A DNA stretch of 63,479 nt, filler included, from Reticulomyxa filosa (GCA_000512085.1; 24 parts of 24 records of this genome joined end to end with filler, not necessarily neighbours in it), one strand, 5' to 3'. Shown: positions 36,679 to 49,917, counted from the first letter of the whole stretch. Program-made: numbers and translations. The notes: generated by a model from the sequence alone, not told the origin.

Positions 36679-38707
36679 AAGGCTTTTGGGATGGATTCGA
36701 ACGACGACAATACATAATAAAACCGACAACGGCATACGTATTTGCGACACTGAACAAGAATCCGGCGAAAGACAATTACCAAGTCCCGCAGATCTACATC
36801 CAAGGCAACATTGAAGACTTGTCGCTAATAATGGGTCAGGACCAGTATCGCGACATACTGCCCATCATCAGCAACATCTCCATCGCAGGGGCGTATGGCA
36901 AGTATTTGTCGTACAAGCCTAACCGTCCGCTGACGTCGGACACCACGCAATCGTATTGGCATTGGGCCATCGGCTGCGTCCTGCGTGACGAGGAGAAAAA
37001 AAAAGACAGTTGAAATGAAGAAAGTTTCAGAATTTTATCCCCGATCGAGCCGAGTATGTGGATTTGTATTGTCGCAAATTGAATGCCATTTGGAGTCCAG
37101 GTAAGGTTGATTTTACATAACAAAGACAGACTAAAAACCTTTTTCTCTCTATCTCTTTTGTGTAGAATTGAATAAAAGAGAAACACAGGACTTACTCGAT
37201 CTCGAAGAACAATACGACCGTGACGATATCATTTACTTCCGAAAATGCGCTGTTGCACTGCTGCGCAGACAGTTGCGGGACAAGCCGGTGATGCTGCGCA
37301 GTGCAATGCCCAAAGAAAACGCGGGGCTGTTTTCGAGTTGGTTTGGAGGGAGGAAAAAGAAGGAAGAAATTGAGCCTGTGTTTGTGTCGGAAAAGGAAAA
37401 AGTGCAATTGTTTTTCAAAGTCGGATGTGGAGAAGACATTACTTACGATGAAGCAAAGAATGAGCAGGTCCCACCTGATTTTAATCAAATCAAAGTTTTG
37501 GTGGAACAATTTATAAATATAGTTTGAATTTTCACTTGGACAAATATTAATGAGTTTGGTGGACGAAGTAGAAGAACGTGACAAAGCCGAAGCAAAGATT
37601 GTAGATGTGTGTTTGCGCAAGGCAACAACGACGACAGTGATAAGACCACAGAACTCACTGGCAGTCCGTCTGCAGCTGCAGTCGATGATATTGGAGGACT
37701 TTTACACGAAGAACGTGTTGGATCGAAGAATCGTCTCCACGACAGAGTCGAACGAGTCGCAGCCATTGATGGAGGCCGAGTTCGAACTCGGTCCTCTGGA
37801 CAAGTCAGCCGACACCAAGTTGAAGGTGCTGATCCGCGAATACGCTGCCGACGTGCGCATCACTTTGTTCATGCGTTTGGGGGGGCTTTTTCACGCAGGA
37901 GCAGCAGCCCGATCTGCATGTATTCGAGAGAGCTGCAATGTTGCAATTGGAAGCGATGAAAAAATTTTGGATTTTTTTTTTTTTTTTTTTTTGTTATATT
38001 GTTAAGTGCCACGCAAGCAGCGTTAGCAGATGCTGTGTCCCTACACAAAACTGTCCAGTTGGATATCTCGTTGAATGCCCGACTATTCGATTGCGAGCGG
38101 ATTTGTCCAAACAAAACTCGGTGGCGTTGGTGGTGGATTTGGGTCGATTGAGTATAAAGTCTGATTTGAACAAGTTGCAATTGCAATATACATCTGCATC
38201 CTCGGATTTGGATATTTCAGATGAAAGCAACGTTCAGACCAAAAAGACAACTGACAAAGACAATGGCAGTGGCAGTGGCAGTGGTGACGTGAAGGTCATT
38301 GATGTGTTAAGAAACCCATCGGTGCTGGCCACGTACTACGACTCGTATGTCATTGCAGTGGAAGGTGTGAAAGTATACGTGGACAAAGATAGCGACGCGA
38401 ATCGATTATTGCAGCCATTGGACTTGCAGCTGAACTTGCTCTCGTGCATCTTCCCTTCGCAGTTCGAGTTCCCCACAATGGTATGCACCGGCGAATTGCG
38501 TGAAATCAAACTGCGTGTGTCCACGTTGAATATTCGGTCGATCACGCTACTCCTAGATGCGTTGTTGAACATGATCGCAGATGAAATGGAAGTGTTTAAA
38601 CAAGAAACCAAACGACGAAAAGAATTGGCCAAGAAACGAATTGCTTCTTCTTTTGTAACTTTGGATAAAGATACACTCAACTCGACATTGCATCCCTCTT
38701 CTTCTTC
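36679..38707 (+). CDS. VPS13: VPS13 family lipid-transfer protein, N-terminal region; multi-exon, partial, with sequencing errors
   Basis: YIIKP, QDQYRDI, YWHWAIGCVL, LEEQYDRDDIIYFR, FSSWFGG, LVVDLGRLSIKS, YDSY, LLQPLDLQL motifs. Confidence 0.85.
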
Positions 38708-38856
38708 NNNNNNNNNNNNNNNNNNNNNNNNNNNNNNNNNNNNNNNNNNNNTTAATTAATTAANNNNNNNNNNNNNNNNNNNNNNNNNNNNNNNNNNNNN
38801 NNNNNNNAACAACAACAACAACAAAAACACTAAAAACATTCCATCTGCTTTGAAGC

Positions 38857-39350
38857 TTACCAACAGTGGCTTTCGTCCCTGTCTACGCCTTTGAATCCTT
38901 TGCATTTTTTCAATCCTTCTTCTTTTTCCACGTGGATAAATAGTTCCCAGTTCTTGCTCGTGGAATTCGTACCACTCAGGCCGATACAAATACGGTTCAT
39001 TCTGCGTCTCCAGGGCACAGCAAAATGCAAGTTCTTCAAGTGCGTCCATTTTTCGACTTTTTTTTTTTTTTTTTTTTAAAGGATACTGTAAGATTATGGA
39101 AACTCGATTTCGGAAGTAAGAACGTTGTTGAGCTTTTGCTTCCTGGTTTTTTTTGTTGCCACAGTTCGAAGGGGGGGGTACACGCAGAAACCTAACGTTT
39201 GCAACGGGTACAAAAGCAAACGGTGTAGCAATTTTTTTTTCTTTTTTTTCCCTTTTTGCTGGAAGCTATTAATCTTTTATTTGTACTGTGTTCGTTAATT
39301 TTTCCAATTTTGAAACGTTTGGTAAAGCCGGTAATAATTGTGAATGTATT
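38857..39350 (-). CDS. Small basic hypothetical protein, multi-exon, divergent from BUD23; partial
   Basis: Exon-like segments PFELWQQKNQEAKAQQRSYFRNR and MDALEELAF...RRRQGRKPLL separated by an A-run intron. Confidence 0.35.
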
Positions 39351-39561
39351 CCCAAAGAAAAAAGAGGAAAGAGTTTTGAAATTTTTTTTGCTTTTTTTTT
39401 TGAGTTATTGTAATCCACTTTTAATGAGAAAACACTTGCACGATTGTTTTAAGAATGGCAAAAATCAATACCAAAAAACATGAGAGGAACGGAAGAAAGG
39501 GAGGGGTCTCGGTAATGTTGGCAAATAAAAAAAAGCCTGGCTTCATCGGAAAAATATTGAA

Positions 39562-39823
39562 ATGGCAAGCAAACATCGTCCAGAGGCGAAAGCACCTCCA
39601 CAATTTTTCTATAACGAGCAAGGGGCGGTTAAATATGCAACAAATACGAGAATGTTGAAAATCCAGCGAGAGATGACGGAGCGTGCGATTGAGTTATTGG
39701 CGCTAAAGAAGAACGAGCCGGCGTACATTTTGGACATGGGTTGTGGTTCAGGAATAAGTGGAGAGACATTGAGCGACGCAGGCTACGAATGGGTGGGCTG
39801 TGACATTTCCCCATCAATGCTTT
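39562..39823 (+). CDS. BUD23: 18S rRNA m7G methyltransferase, first exon
   Basis: RPEAKAPPQFFYN...KY..NTRM..IQ.EMTERAIELL, LDMGCGSGISG, GCDISPSML; GTATGT donor. Confidence 0.95.
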
Positions 39824-39985
39824 GTATGTATGTATGTGTAAAAAAAAAAAAAAAACCCAAAAAACGCGAAATTTACGTAAATACGNNNNNNNNNNNNNNN
39901 NNNNNNNNNNNNNNNNNNNNNNNNNNNNNTTAATTAATTAANNNNNNNNNNNNNNNNNNNNNNNNNNNNNNNNNNNNNNNNNNNN

Positions 39986-40717
39986 GAAGGGCCCGACACG
40001 GTCGCTGCCTTCTTCGGCGAGCCGGTGCAGGGCGGCGGTGGCGCCATCACCCCGCCGCGCACCTACTGGGAGAAGATCCAGAAGGTGCTGAAGAAGTACG
40101 ACGTGCTGCTGATCGCCGACGAGGTCATCGCGGGCTTTGGGCGCACCGGCAACATGTGGGGCTGCGAGACCTACGGCATCCAGCCCGACATGATCTCGTG
40201 CGCCAAGGCGCTGTCGGCGGCCTACCAGCCGATCTCGGCGCTGATGATCTCCGACAAGGTCTACGACGCGGTCGAGAGCCTGAGCGCCACCAACGGCACG
40301 TTCGGCCACGGCTTCACCTACGGCGCCCATCCGGTCGCCTGCGCCGTCGCGCTGGAGACGCTGAAGATCTACGAGGAACGCGATATCGTGGGCCAGGTGC
40401 GCAAGGTCGGGCCGGTGATGCAGGCGGGCCTCGAGACGTTCCGCGACCATCCGCTGGTCGGCGACGTGCGCGGCGTCGGCCTGTTCACCGGCGTCGAGCT
40501 GATGAAGGACGCCAAGGCGCGCACGCCCTGGGCGCCCGAGCAGAAGGTCGGCACGATGGTGATGGATCATGCGCTGCGCCATGGGCTGATCGTGCGCGCC
40601 ATCGGCGACCGCATCGCCTTCACGCCGCCGCTCATCATCACCGAGGAGCAGATCGGCGAGATGTGCAAGCGCTTCAAACTGGCGCTCGACGACGCGCGAG
40701 CGGACCTGAAGCTGTAG
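39986..40717 (+). CDS. Bacterial class III PLP aminotransferase (omega-amino acid type); 5' partial
   Basis: FFGEPVQGGGG, LLIADEVIAGFGRTG, PDMISCAK, HGFTYGAHPVACA; very GC-rich, no introns. Confidence 0.92.
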   Translation, partial: EGPDTVAAFFGEPVQGGGGAITPPRTYWEKIQKVLKKYDVLLIADEVIAGFGRTGNMWGCETYGIQPDMISCAKALSAAYQPISALMISDKVYDAVESLSATNGTFGHGFTYGAHPVACAVALETLKIYEERDIVGQVRKVGPVMQAGLETFRDHPLVGDVRGVGLFTGVELMKDAKARTPWAPEQKVGTMVMDHALRHGLIVRAIGDRIAFTPPLIITEEQIGEMCKRFKLALDDARADLKL

Positions 40718-40892
40718 GGGCGTCAACCCACGGCCGGTTGCCCGGCGCGGCGGATGTAACGTTTCCGGTCATCCGCACGAACACATGGGAGAGGGACGGT
40801 AACGCCGGCCTCTCGATATCTTGGGTTGGATATGGAGACGGCCGGGCCCACATGCCGGCAATCCCTCACGGTACATGGAGAGGAGTCCCGTC

Positions 40893-41155
40893 ATGTCCAA
40901 TTCCGTCCAGCCGATCAGAAGGAACCTCCTGAAGCTGGGAGCCGGTGTCGGCATCGCCGCCGCGGCGCTTCTCGCGGCGATGCCCTGGCGCGCACGGCCG
41001 GCCGCTGCCGAAGCGGCGTTCAAGGTGACCCGCACGGATGCTGAATGGAAGAAGCTCCTGACGCCGCCGCAATACGCGGTGCTGAGGGGCAACGGGACCG
41101 AGCGGCCCTATTCGAGCCCGCTCAACGACGAGCACCGCGAGGGCACCTTTTCCTG
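40893..41155 (+). CDS. msrB: Bacterial peptide-methionine (R)-S-oxide reductase with Tat signal; 3' partial
   Basis: AGGAG RBS at 40881-40885; RRNLLK twin-arginine leader; TDAEWKKLLTPPQYAVLR..GTERPYSSPL...REGTF. Confidence 0.9.
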
Positions 41156-41918
41156 NNNNNNNNNNNNNNNNNNNNNNNNNNNNNNNNNNNNNNNNNNNNT
41201 TAATTAATTAANNNNNNNNNNNNNNNNNNNNNNNNNNNNNNNNNNNNNNNNNNNNATATGTATTTTCATACAAGAACGAAACAGACATATTCTTTTAGTG
41301 TGAACAGCGTAAATTATTTTAGGATCAATTTCGGTCTTTCTACGACGTTTTTACACCAATATGAAAAGCAATAAGTAAAAAAATTTGGTGTTTTTTCAGT
41401 AATTTTCAAAAGTTACATATAATTGAGTTTTCTCGCAAATGGAAAGGAGTTGTTTTGTTGTTGTATTATATTGTTTAATATGTTATTTCTGTTTTCTTTT
41501 GAAGATTTACATAAATTTTGAAAAATCTTTTGAATGATCTTTATATACTATAAAAAAAGATTGATAAAAAAAATGTTTGGAAAGATATTTTGAAAAGAAA
41601 AAGAAGAAAACGAAAAAAAGACAAAATCAATCGATATTTAAAATATACACGATTTGTAGATATTAAAAAAAATTAGGTCTGAGTGTTGTTTTTTTATGAA
41701 GTGGCAAAGAATTAAAACAACTACTTACTGGGTTATGTGCACGAATGTGTTTCTTAGAAGGAATAACAAACATGCACTGATTTCCCTGTCATGTTTCAAC
41801 GGAAGAGTAATGATGACGTGGTTTAATGTAAGCTTTCACGAGAAAGACAATTATCTTGGCGCAGTTGTTTTTAACTTGGAGTTTCCCTTTAATAATCGAT
41901 AATTCGAATAATAGTATA

Positions 41919-42459
41919 ATGTTCGATCTAACACGCGTATATTTTGATATCCCAGTTATCACAAGAACGTATATAACGTTATGTATCTTGACAACACTAG
42001 CATGTGATATGAATCTCGTTTCTCCTTTTTCACTTTGCGTTAGCTTTCCTTTGATGTATTCCCATGCGCAAGTTAAGATGGAAAGAGGCGGGAAGTCTAT
42101 GAGATTTTTTTTTTTTTGTTGAGCAGTAGTGAACGTCCAAACAAACCAAAAAAAAAAAAAAAAAATGAACAGTGGTGGAGGCTGGTGACGAATTTTTTTT
42201 TTTTTGGAACATCACTCGGTTTAGATTTTTTTTTCAGTGTGTTCTTCTTGTTAAGTACAGTTATATTTCAACGAAAGCTATTGGTGATTGTCTTTCTTGT
42301 GTCATGAGCATCTTTTGGATAATCGATCTGCAATGCAAACATATAAATACAAATACTGAAGGGGGACATACAGTAGTCGACTTGAAGAGGAGGCATTTGC
42401 CGGCAAGACTGCCGATTTCGTGTATATGATGCTGACTGGTGCTGTGACTATGTTGGTTT
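41919..42459 (+). CDS. Derlin (Der1 family, Derlin-2-like); exons 41919-42071, 42173-42249, 42362-42459; 3' partial
   Basis: IPVITRTY, Q/WWRLVTNFFFFG, FLGTYSSRLEEEAFAGKTADFVYM. Confidence 0.9.
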
Positions 42460-42559
42460 NNNNNNNNNNNNNNNNNNNNNNNNNNNNNNNNNNNNNNNNN
42501 NNNTTAATTAATTAANNNNNNNNNNNNNNNNNNNNNNNNNNNNNNNNNNNNNNNNNNNN

Positions 42560-43367
42560 TGGCTGGAGTCGGAAATCAACCGTTTGTCGGCTCAGGCTGC
42601 CAGCCAGCCACGCCTCAGCATTCCCCACCGTCCTGATGTGCCCGCGTCCGAAGCGCAGGACGAAGCTTTCCTGGACGAAAATCTCACCCAGTGGGTGTTG
42701 TACGGCGTAGGGGGCTTGTCGGTGGCCAGCTTGCTGGCCTGGTTGCTGGTGCGTCGCCGCGCTGCCAAAGCGAAGGCGCCGGCACCGTCGCAAAGCCGTT
42801 CCGGGATGGGGCCGGTCACCATCAGTGCCTCACTGGGGCCGGACGAGCAGCCGCTGGTGCAGCCGATTGTCGACGACATCAATTTGCAGTCCATTGACGT
42901 GCTGGCAGAGGCAGATGTGCTGATGGCGTACGGCCGCTTCGATGCCGCCGAGCAGCTGCTGCGCGAAAGCCTCAGCAACGAACCCGAGCGCGAAGACCTG
43001 CGCATGAAACTGCTGGACCTGATTGCGCGCAAAGGCAATAAGCAGGAGTTCGAGTCGGTAGCGCTGGACCTGCTGGCCGTATTCGGCCCGGAGAGCGCCC
43101 TGTGGAAGCGCGTGCTGCAGCTGGGCGGCAATCTCGATCCGGATAACCCGCTGTACCGGCCCAGCCCCGATCAGCCGGAGCGCTTTGCCATGGCCAGCCC
43201 GCCAGCAGTAGACCTGGGCGCGTCTCGCCGGATGAGGCCGACAAGGTGCCGCTGGCGCAGCAGGTGGATAATGCCGAAGCGGCGCAGGATCTGGCCCGCT
43301 TGTACCGCGAGATGGGCGATCCGAAACGGCCGATGCCTTGTTGCGAGAGGCAGGCGTCAAGCAGTGA
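42560..43367 (+). CDS. fimV: Bacterial FimV/TspA-like polar landmark protein, C-terminal half (two frameshifts)
   Basis: TM helix, DVLAEADVLMAYGR..AEQLL, LDPDNPLY, and C-terminal DLARLYREMGD...A.ALL motif. Confidence 0.8.
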
Positions 43368-43830
43368 GTGCGCCGCGTTTTCACCCAGCAGCCAGCCTTG
43401 TGGTCTGGCTGTTTTTCATTGTGGCGCTGGCTATGCTGCCGCTGCCGGCCTTGCTGTGCCTGATGTTGGCCGCAGCGGGTTGGCCGCGCTTGCTGTGGCA
43501 GGCGGTGCAACGCATGCGCTGGCTGTTGCTGGCCACGGCCCTGCTGGCCGGCTGGTATGTGCCCGGCTTGCCATTGTGGCCGGCGCAAGCCTGGTCACCC
43601 AGCTGGCAGGGTTTGCAACTAGGTGCTGCCCAGGCGCTACGCCTGCTGTTGATGGCGCTTAGCCTGCGCCTGCTATGGCGGCATTACGGTAGCGGTGCCA
43701 TGCTGGCCGCCGTGCTGTACCTGCTGCAGCCCTGGCGCGCTGCCGGCGTGCCGGTGCAGCGTGTTGCCGTGCGTCTGGTGTTGACGCTGCAGTACGCCGA
43801 AGCACTGCTGGCGACGCAGCCCAAGCCTTC
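43364..43830 (+). CDS. Bacterial CbiQ/ECF transporter T-component-like membrane protein; 3' partial
   Basis: GTG start overlaps fimV stop (GTGA); HPAA..VVW, RMRWLLL, RVAVRLVLTLQY. Confidence 0.7.
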
Positions 43831-43930
43831 NNNNNNNNNNNNNNNNNNNNNNNNNNNNNNNNNNNNNNNNNNNNTTAATTAATTAANNNNNNNNNNNNNN
43901 NNNNNNNNNNNNNNNNNNNNNNNNNNNNNN

Positions 43931-43971
43931 AGGTGGCATTTTCGGTGTTCAGTTTTTTTTACAACATACTG
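43931..43971. mobile_element. Tc1 family C terminus at contig edge
   Basis: AGGTGGCATTTTCGGTG...ACTG|TA matches 60522-60561. Confidence 0.7.
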
Positions 43972-44671
43972 TATTATATGATGTAATCTTTTGTATGTGA
44001 TCACATGCTTGTATATCTTTTGTCTTGCAATTATACATTATGTGCATATAGTAATGATACATAATCGATTTTGATTAATTTTTATTTGAAATTAAAATAG
44101 CATTATATTCTTATAAATGCAATGAAAGAGTTAAATATAAAGTGCACCGAAAAGCCGCAGTACATGTACATATGTAATCAATTGCCAATAATATCAATAA
44201 AATGTTTATTGTTGTCATTTTAGCATACGCGTGAATTATAATTGTTACCAACAAAATATTTCACATTATGATACTATGAAATACATATCTAAAAAGTATA
44301 ACAAATATTTTGTTAGCACATACAAAATAAATTAAATAGAGATCAGTATACAATTAAATCGAAATTGATTATGTTTGTACACGGTAATACAACACTAATT
44401 ATGATATTATAAGAAATAATTATTATGTAAATAGCTTTAATCAATTTTTTGAGCATTTTTAAACATTAAATCCTAAAAGAAACAAACAAAAACGTTTTTA
44501 TTAAATTTCAGTTTATATTAATATTTATAATGTTTTTTAAAAATTAGGAGCGTGGGAACTTCCAAATATCAATTTTTAAGTGGCTTATTTGTTTGTTTTG
44601 GTTGGTAAAACCAAAAAAATATTACTGAACTTTACCGAAACACAAAAAGAAAAAAAGGGCAAAGCAGAGAC

Positions 44672-45292
44672 ATGGGTGCAAAAGTAAGATCAAATCAACC
44701 AAAAAACTTTGGTAAAACAAGTCGAACCCCTCGACGTCCATTTGAGAAAGAGCGTTTGGACAGTGAATTGAATTTAGTTGGTGAATATGGACTGAAAAAC
44801 AAGCGAGAACTTCGCCGAGTGCAATTAACAGTGGCAAGAATCCGATCAGCTGCCCGTAAATTGCTGACTTTGCCGCAAGACGATCCTCGACGAGTATTTG
44901 AAGGTGCAGCCTTGTGTCGAAGACTGAATCGAGTGGGCATATTGTCGGACGAGCAAAACAGATTGGAATATGTGTTGTCAATAAAAGTGGAAGATTTTTT
45001 GAAACGACGATTGCAAACACTAGTGAAAGAAATTGCCACAACTAAATCAGTGCATCATGCCAGAGTATTAATCTACCAAAGACACATTGTGGTTGGAAAA
45101 CAAGTAGTCAAAAGTCCTTCTTTCCTTGTTCGTAAGAATAGCCAAAGTTTCATTAATTTTAGAGATGGTTCTAGTATCGGTGGAACTGGTTTACCTGGCC
45201 GTGTTAAAAGAAAAAATCTTAAAAAAGCTGCCGGAGGTGCTGGAGATGCTAAAGCTGATGACACCAAGGCTGATGCAGAAGCTAATGAATGA
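44672..45292 (+). CDS. RPS9: 40S ribosomal protein S9 (uS4), intronless
   Basis: [55 protein letters not shown]. Confidence 0.97.
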   Translation: MGAKVRSNQPKNFGKTSRTPRRPFEKERLDSELNLVGEYGLKNKRELRRVQLTVARIRSAARKLLTLPQDDPRRVFEGAALCRRLNRVGILSDEQNRLEYVLSIKVEDFLKRRLQTLVKEIATTKSVHHARVLIYQRHIVVGKQVVKSPSFLVRKNSQSFINFRDGSSIGGTGLPGRVKRKNLKKAAGGAGDAKADDTKADAEANE

Positions 45293-45779
45293 GCAAATGA
45301 TGTTCTTTACTTCAGTGTTTCGGCATATCGCATTTTGTTTTTTTTATTGTTTGATTTATCCAGTTTTTTAATCGTTGAATTGAAAACTGGTGTGTTCACA
45401 ATATTTGAGAATTTTTATAATAAAAAAAAATTTACAATAGCACAATTTTTAAAACATTTTCGTTTTCTTTATTCGAGGCTACAAGTAATTGAATGATGTT
45501 ACAAAGACTTAATTAAATGAACGACACAAATTGTAATACCAAAGAGTTGAAAAAACGATTTTCTCATTGTATAGTTTTATTTAAGCATTTTTGTTTGTGC
45601 TGACGTATATGATCAATTTTGAGAGTAAAAAGATAAATGATCGCTTACTTCTTCTCTTGCTCCTCTCAAATCAACACTTTTTATGGGCTTGGCTAATTAA
45701 TAATATAAAACTTTGAATATCAATGTTTAGTTAGGACAATCAAAACAAATAAAATTCCTGACATAAACATTTACCAAAA

Positions 45780-48330
45780 AAAACGATCTACAAATAAAAT
45801 AAATGCTTACTATAAAACCAAATTTAAAGCTTTTAGTAGTTACGACATATAACTGTGTCATTCGTTTAGACACAAATGTTGTACAAGCGCTGGAACAACA
45901 GTTGGAATTGATGTAGCCTGAACGATACTATTTTTCTTTGTTTAGGCTATATGGAATAGGAAAGTGGTAATATAATTAGAGCTGTGTTTAAACGCTAAAA
46001 AATTAATATTCCCACGTCACAATTTCCACGATACTATACATTGTGCCATTTAACGTGACAAAATAAAACTATATTAAGGGTCGTGCTAGCTTTGATAACC
46101 TAAAAGCAATGGGTAAAATTTTTTTATCAATGATGTTAATGATTTGAACATCACCATGCAATTATTAGCCATAAAATAGATAAATTACTACACTGCCTTG
46201 TTCCCAATGTCGTTCGTTTATTGTCAAAGTGCTTTTACCGCAATGTCTGGTAATCGGCTTCAGTAAATGTCCAGTTCACAAAATTTCTTCAACTTTCATG
46301 TTGAAAAAAAGAATCATTACTTCAAATCCAACTACGTTTAGTGTGTAACCATTGAAATTTGACCAATTCATATTACCACGGCTCATATTCGATTCAATTT
46401 CGTAATAAAAAAAAGCCCCTTTTTAAAGGGGACACATTGAAAATGATAAAATCAATTATTGGTCGAATTTCGACTTTAAAAATTAAAAATAACAAACAAA
46501 AGTAAAGATTGGGGAGCTGCGACGAGCGCAGCTCGAGTAAAAACATTATCGAGTCAGGCCAATCAAACGACTGTCTGAAGGATGCAGCGTTGGCAGAGTG
46601 CATTATTCGATAGATACCCAACACACACATTCTCCCTTTTTCTCCTTTTTGTTCGAGAAAAAGGCCTCGCAGTTAAGTAAAGAAGAAGGATAATTTGGAT
46701 GAGGATTGGGCTGAACAATTCTCAATATGCCTTTGTTTCTCAATAATTGAAAGAATTGCACTTGACCACCACTTCTTTTGTGTGTTAATTTTCCTTTGTA
46801 ATTTTTTTTTGATTGGTTCATTTATTGAGGCTGAAGTGTGGCATTACTTATATTCAAACGGTTCACATTACTTTTCTTTTTTTACAATTTCGTCAATCGA
46901 AGGAGAGGTAGCGTTTTTGCAATTCTCTTTTATTTTGTATCTACTTTTGCAACCAAGCGTTTGGCAAAGCATTTTCCAATTTCAATAGATCAGTCTATGG
47001 TTTTCCAAAGGTGGAAAGGGTTTGTTTCCAGTTTTTTTGACAAAAGATAAACCTAATAAAACAAAAAAAAATTTGATGATGTTGGTACTAACTTTGAAAA
47101 AAGATGTGTTGGGTATCTCTTTTCTCCAGGTCGTCATCTCAAAAATGGAAAATCAACATTGAACACAACTAACTTCACAATTATGTGGTTCGATTTTTTC
47201 ATTTTCCTGGCGACGAACAATTAATAAAACAAAAATACAATTTACAACATTTTCCAAAAGAGAAGATAACAAGAAAGTTGACAAATGTTAGTTAACGATT
47301 TTTTCCCATTACTGTCACTATCGTCTTTTTTATCCTTTGTTCAAAAAAGTACTGTGAACATCAAAATCAAACCCCATTTTTTGCTTTTGCATTCTATGCC
47401 AAAAAAAACAAGTATAAAAGGGAAAAACAATTTAACTGAAAATGTTCAAAAATTTTTCAAAAAGGGCCTTTTCTTGCCGACAATTGTCAAATTAAGCACT
47501 GAAAACAAGTTTTTTGAAATCATAATCACATTCAATAACTACACACATGAGCAAAGAGGAACGAAAGAAAGAAAGAGAAAAAGCACTAAACGCAATGTCC
47601 AGTAATAATCTTTTTTGCAATTGTTCGTTTGTCGCTGCTATTTAGCAATTATCAAAAGAAAGGGGAAATTTCGGTAACTGAAGAGCAAAATGGGTCTTTA
47701 CGAATTTGTAAAGCCTTATGCTTATTCCATAAAAAAATACTACATTCAGCGTCTTTTAAAGTGGGCACTGGCACTCATGAGAGACATGTTGCCTCATAGC
47801 GGTAAAGCCTTGTTTTTCTTGATATCTTGCGTCCAATCATTCCACTGGCCCTTTTTATTCCAATAGAATCGTCGTGTAAATCTTCATTTTTCAAAGTACA
47901 CTTTTTTAAGAAAAAAGCACTTGATAAATAATAACACTGAGTATCATACCAATTTTGATTGAGAAATTAATGCTCACTCTTTTGATTTGTTGTAAACAGC
48001 ACTTCCTTATTAACATGATTATAATATCGCTATTGCTCATTTTTTTTGTGTTCAAAGGTTGAAACCCAACCTCTTGAAGCACTCACGCTTTATGGACCCA
48101 CAATGGTCGTTGGACGAATACGATACATAATATTACATAAAATGGGACACAGTATTTTTTCCTTTCATCATCATATTCACTCAGCAATTAATTTGCTTCT
48201 GTAACATCCTTTACAATTCATTTTGTGAACAGTAATAATTTTTAATAACGCTCTTACCAAAAAAATATATCACACGTTGTCTTCCTGCATCATATGCATT
48301 GCTCTTCCTGAGAGATAGGATTAACCAGAG
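45780..48330 (-). pseudogene. Coding-like but stop-riddled region, probable decayed gene(s)
   Basis: Alternating GC-richer exon-like and T/A-run intron-like blocks with stops in all frames; no family recognised. Confidence 0.25.
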
Positions 48331-48447
48331 CGAACGCGAGTTTTTCCCAATTTTTAAAATTGGCCCCGAGATACTACTATTTCAAAAATTGTGTTTCATA
48401 AAGTGAAAATACAAAGGTAAAAAGAAGATTCAAGCTCATTAAAGAAA

Positions 48448-49170
48448 ATGTTGTTCCCGTTCCGTGTTCCCCGCACCCGACCTTGGGAGGGTTACATCAA
48501 GAAACTGTGTACGCAGCTTGAAAAGAATGAGAAGACAGCGCATATCGCGTCATTCTTTCAAAAAGCAGCAGAACATAGGCAACAGGTTGGAAACAGCAAA
48601 AACAATACAAAAGAAGCAATCTACTTTTGAATTTGAAATAGCTGGTGCCAATATTGGATGACTGCGCAAAAAACCATCACACGCGGCCCGAAGACATTAT
48701 TAAAGTGTTAGAAAACTATTTGCCCTTGTTGACAAATATTTGCGACAGCATTAAGACTAATGTAGTGGAGTTGAAGGGATCACTGGATATAGTGTGGACA
48801 AGCTTTTTGACAATAGATGTAAACTCCAAGTCATTGAGTTATTCGATTCAATGGGAAAAGTGTTGTGCTTATTTGGTAAGTTTTTTTTTAACATTTTTTT
48901 GGACCCTTTTTTTTATAAAAAAAAATTTGTGTTAAAAAAAAAAAAAAAAAATGAGCCACAAATAAAAACACACAATACTGTAGACATTGGGTTTGGCACA
49001 CTATCAACTGGCAACAAAAATTCATCATGAAAATCGCCAAGAGTCGGCAAAAAAAAAAAGGAGGAAAAACACCGTCGTATGATCCAATATTCGACGAGCC
49101 CGTAGAAAAAAAAGATCCAAAAATATTTGATGACACGGAAAAAATCAAAGTAATATCTCAACATTTAAAA
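48448..49170 (+). CDS. BRO1-domain protein (BROX-like); exons 48448-48585, 48642-48875, 48984 onward; partial
   Basis: LENYLPLL, IVWTSFL, IQWEKCCAYL/TLGLAHY, ISQHLK fit Bro1 domain pattern. Confidence 0.7.
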
Positions 49171-49369
49171 NNNNNNNNNNNNNNNNNNNNNNNNNNNNNN
49201 NNNNNNNNNNNNNNTTAATTAATTAANNNNNNNNNNNNNNNNNNNNNNNNNNNNNNNNNNNNNNNNNNNNTTTTTATTTCGCTTTTCCTTGGATTTTTTA
49301 AACCACTTGTTTTCATATTTATGCCCTTTTTTTTTTTTTTTTTCCACACATTCGTGTTTTTTAAGTCCC

Positions 49370-49552
49370 ATTACCATTGTTATCGTTGTAGCTTTTGTCC
49401 AACTCCAAAATAGCCAACAAGTCGGGATCTATCTCTCTCTCAAATCTATTGTGTCTTTCATCCTCAAAATGGCCTGAGGAACGAGAATGCATCTCTTCAT
49501 ATTTTCTCCTTGAAGAATCATTTGCTTTTTCATCAATCTCTATTCGAGACAT
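49370..49552 (-). CDS. Exon of hypothetical protein
   Basis: Short ORF bounded by A-rich AG acceptor and GTAATG donor. Confidence 0.3.
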
Positions 49553-49917
49553 TATTATCTTTGGCTTTTTTTTTTTCCTCTCAGGAAGTCTAAAAAACCA
49601 CCTTTTGAAAGAAACAAAGTTTACTTTTTTAAGATCAAAACTAAATGCTATCCGGTTTTGTTGTTCATTTAATTTGAGCGCTGGTCTTCATGCTTTTTGT
49701 TTTTTTGTTAGAAAATAATTAAATTGGGGAGACTACAGCTGTTTTGTACATTTTTTCTTTCAGCTCTTTTTTTAAAAAAACCAGGTGCAGCAATGCAGTT
49801 TCCCTTCTTTTAAAGGGTAACCGTTTTTCTCAATTAAAGAAAAAAAAAGGAGAACAACATAGCACAAATACATTTTAAAAAAACTGAACTAAAAATTGGT
49901 TCATACACAGAACAAGT

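Noticed and set aside
37011-37013. In-frame TGA at a position where VPS13 has Trp (possible UGA=Trp recoding)
   Set aside because: TGG AAT to TGA AAT is a simple homopolymer miscall, there is another indel ~30 nt later, and TGA is a normal stop in RPS9 and the WD40 gene.
41700-41880. Possible C/D snoRNA (ATGATGA near 41810)
   Set aside because: No correctly placed downstream CTGA box or terminal stem.
42584-43882. 432-aa FimV-CbiQ fusion ORF
   Set aside because: Created by frameshift errors; fimV has its own C-terminal motif and stop overlapping the next start.
39886-43930. Horizontal transfer of bacterial genes next to BUD23, Derlin or RPS9
   Set aside because: Adjacency is only across artificial linkers.
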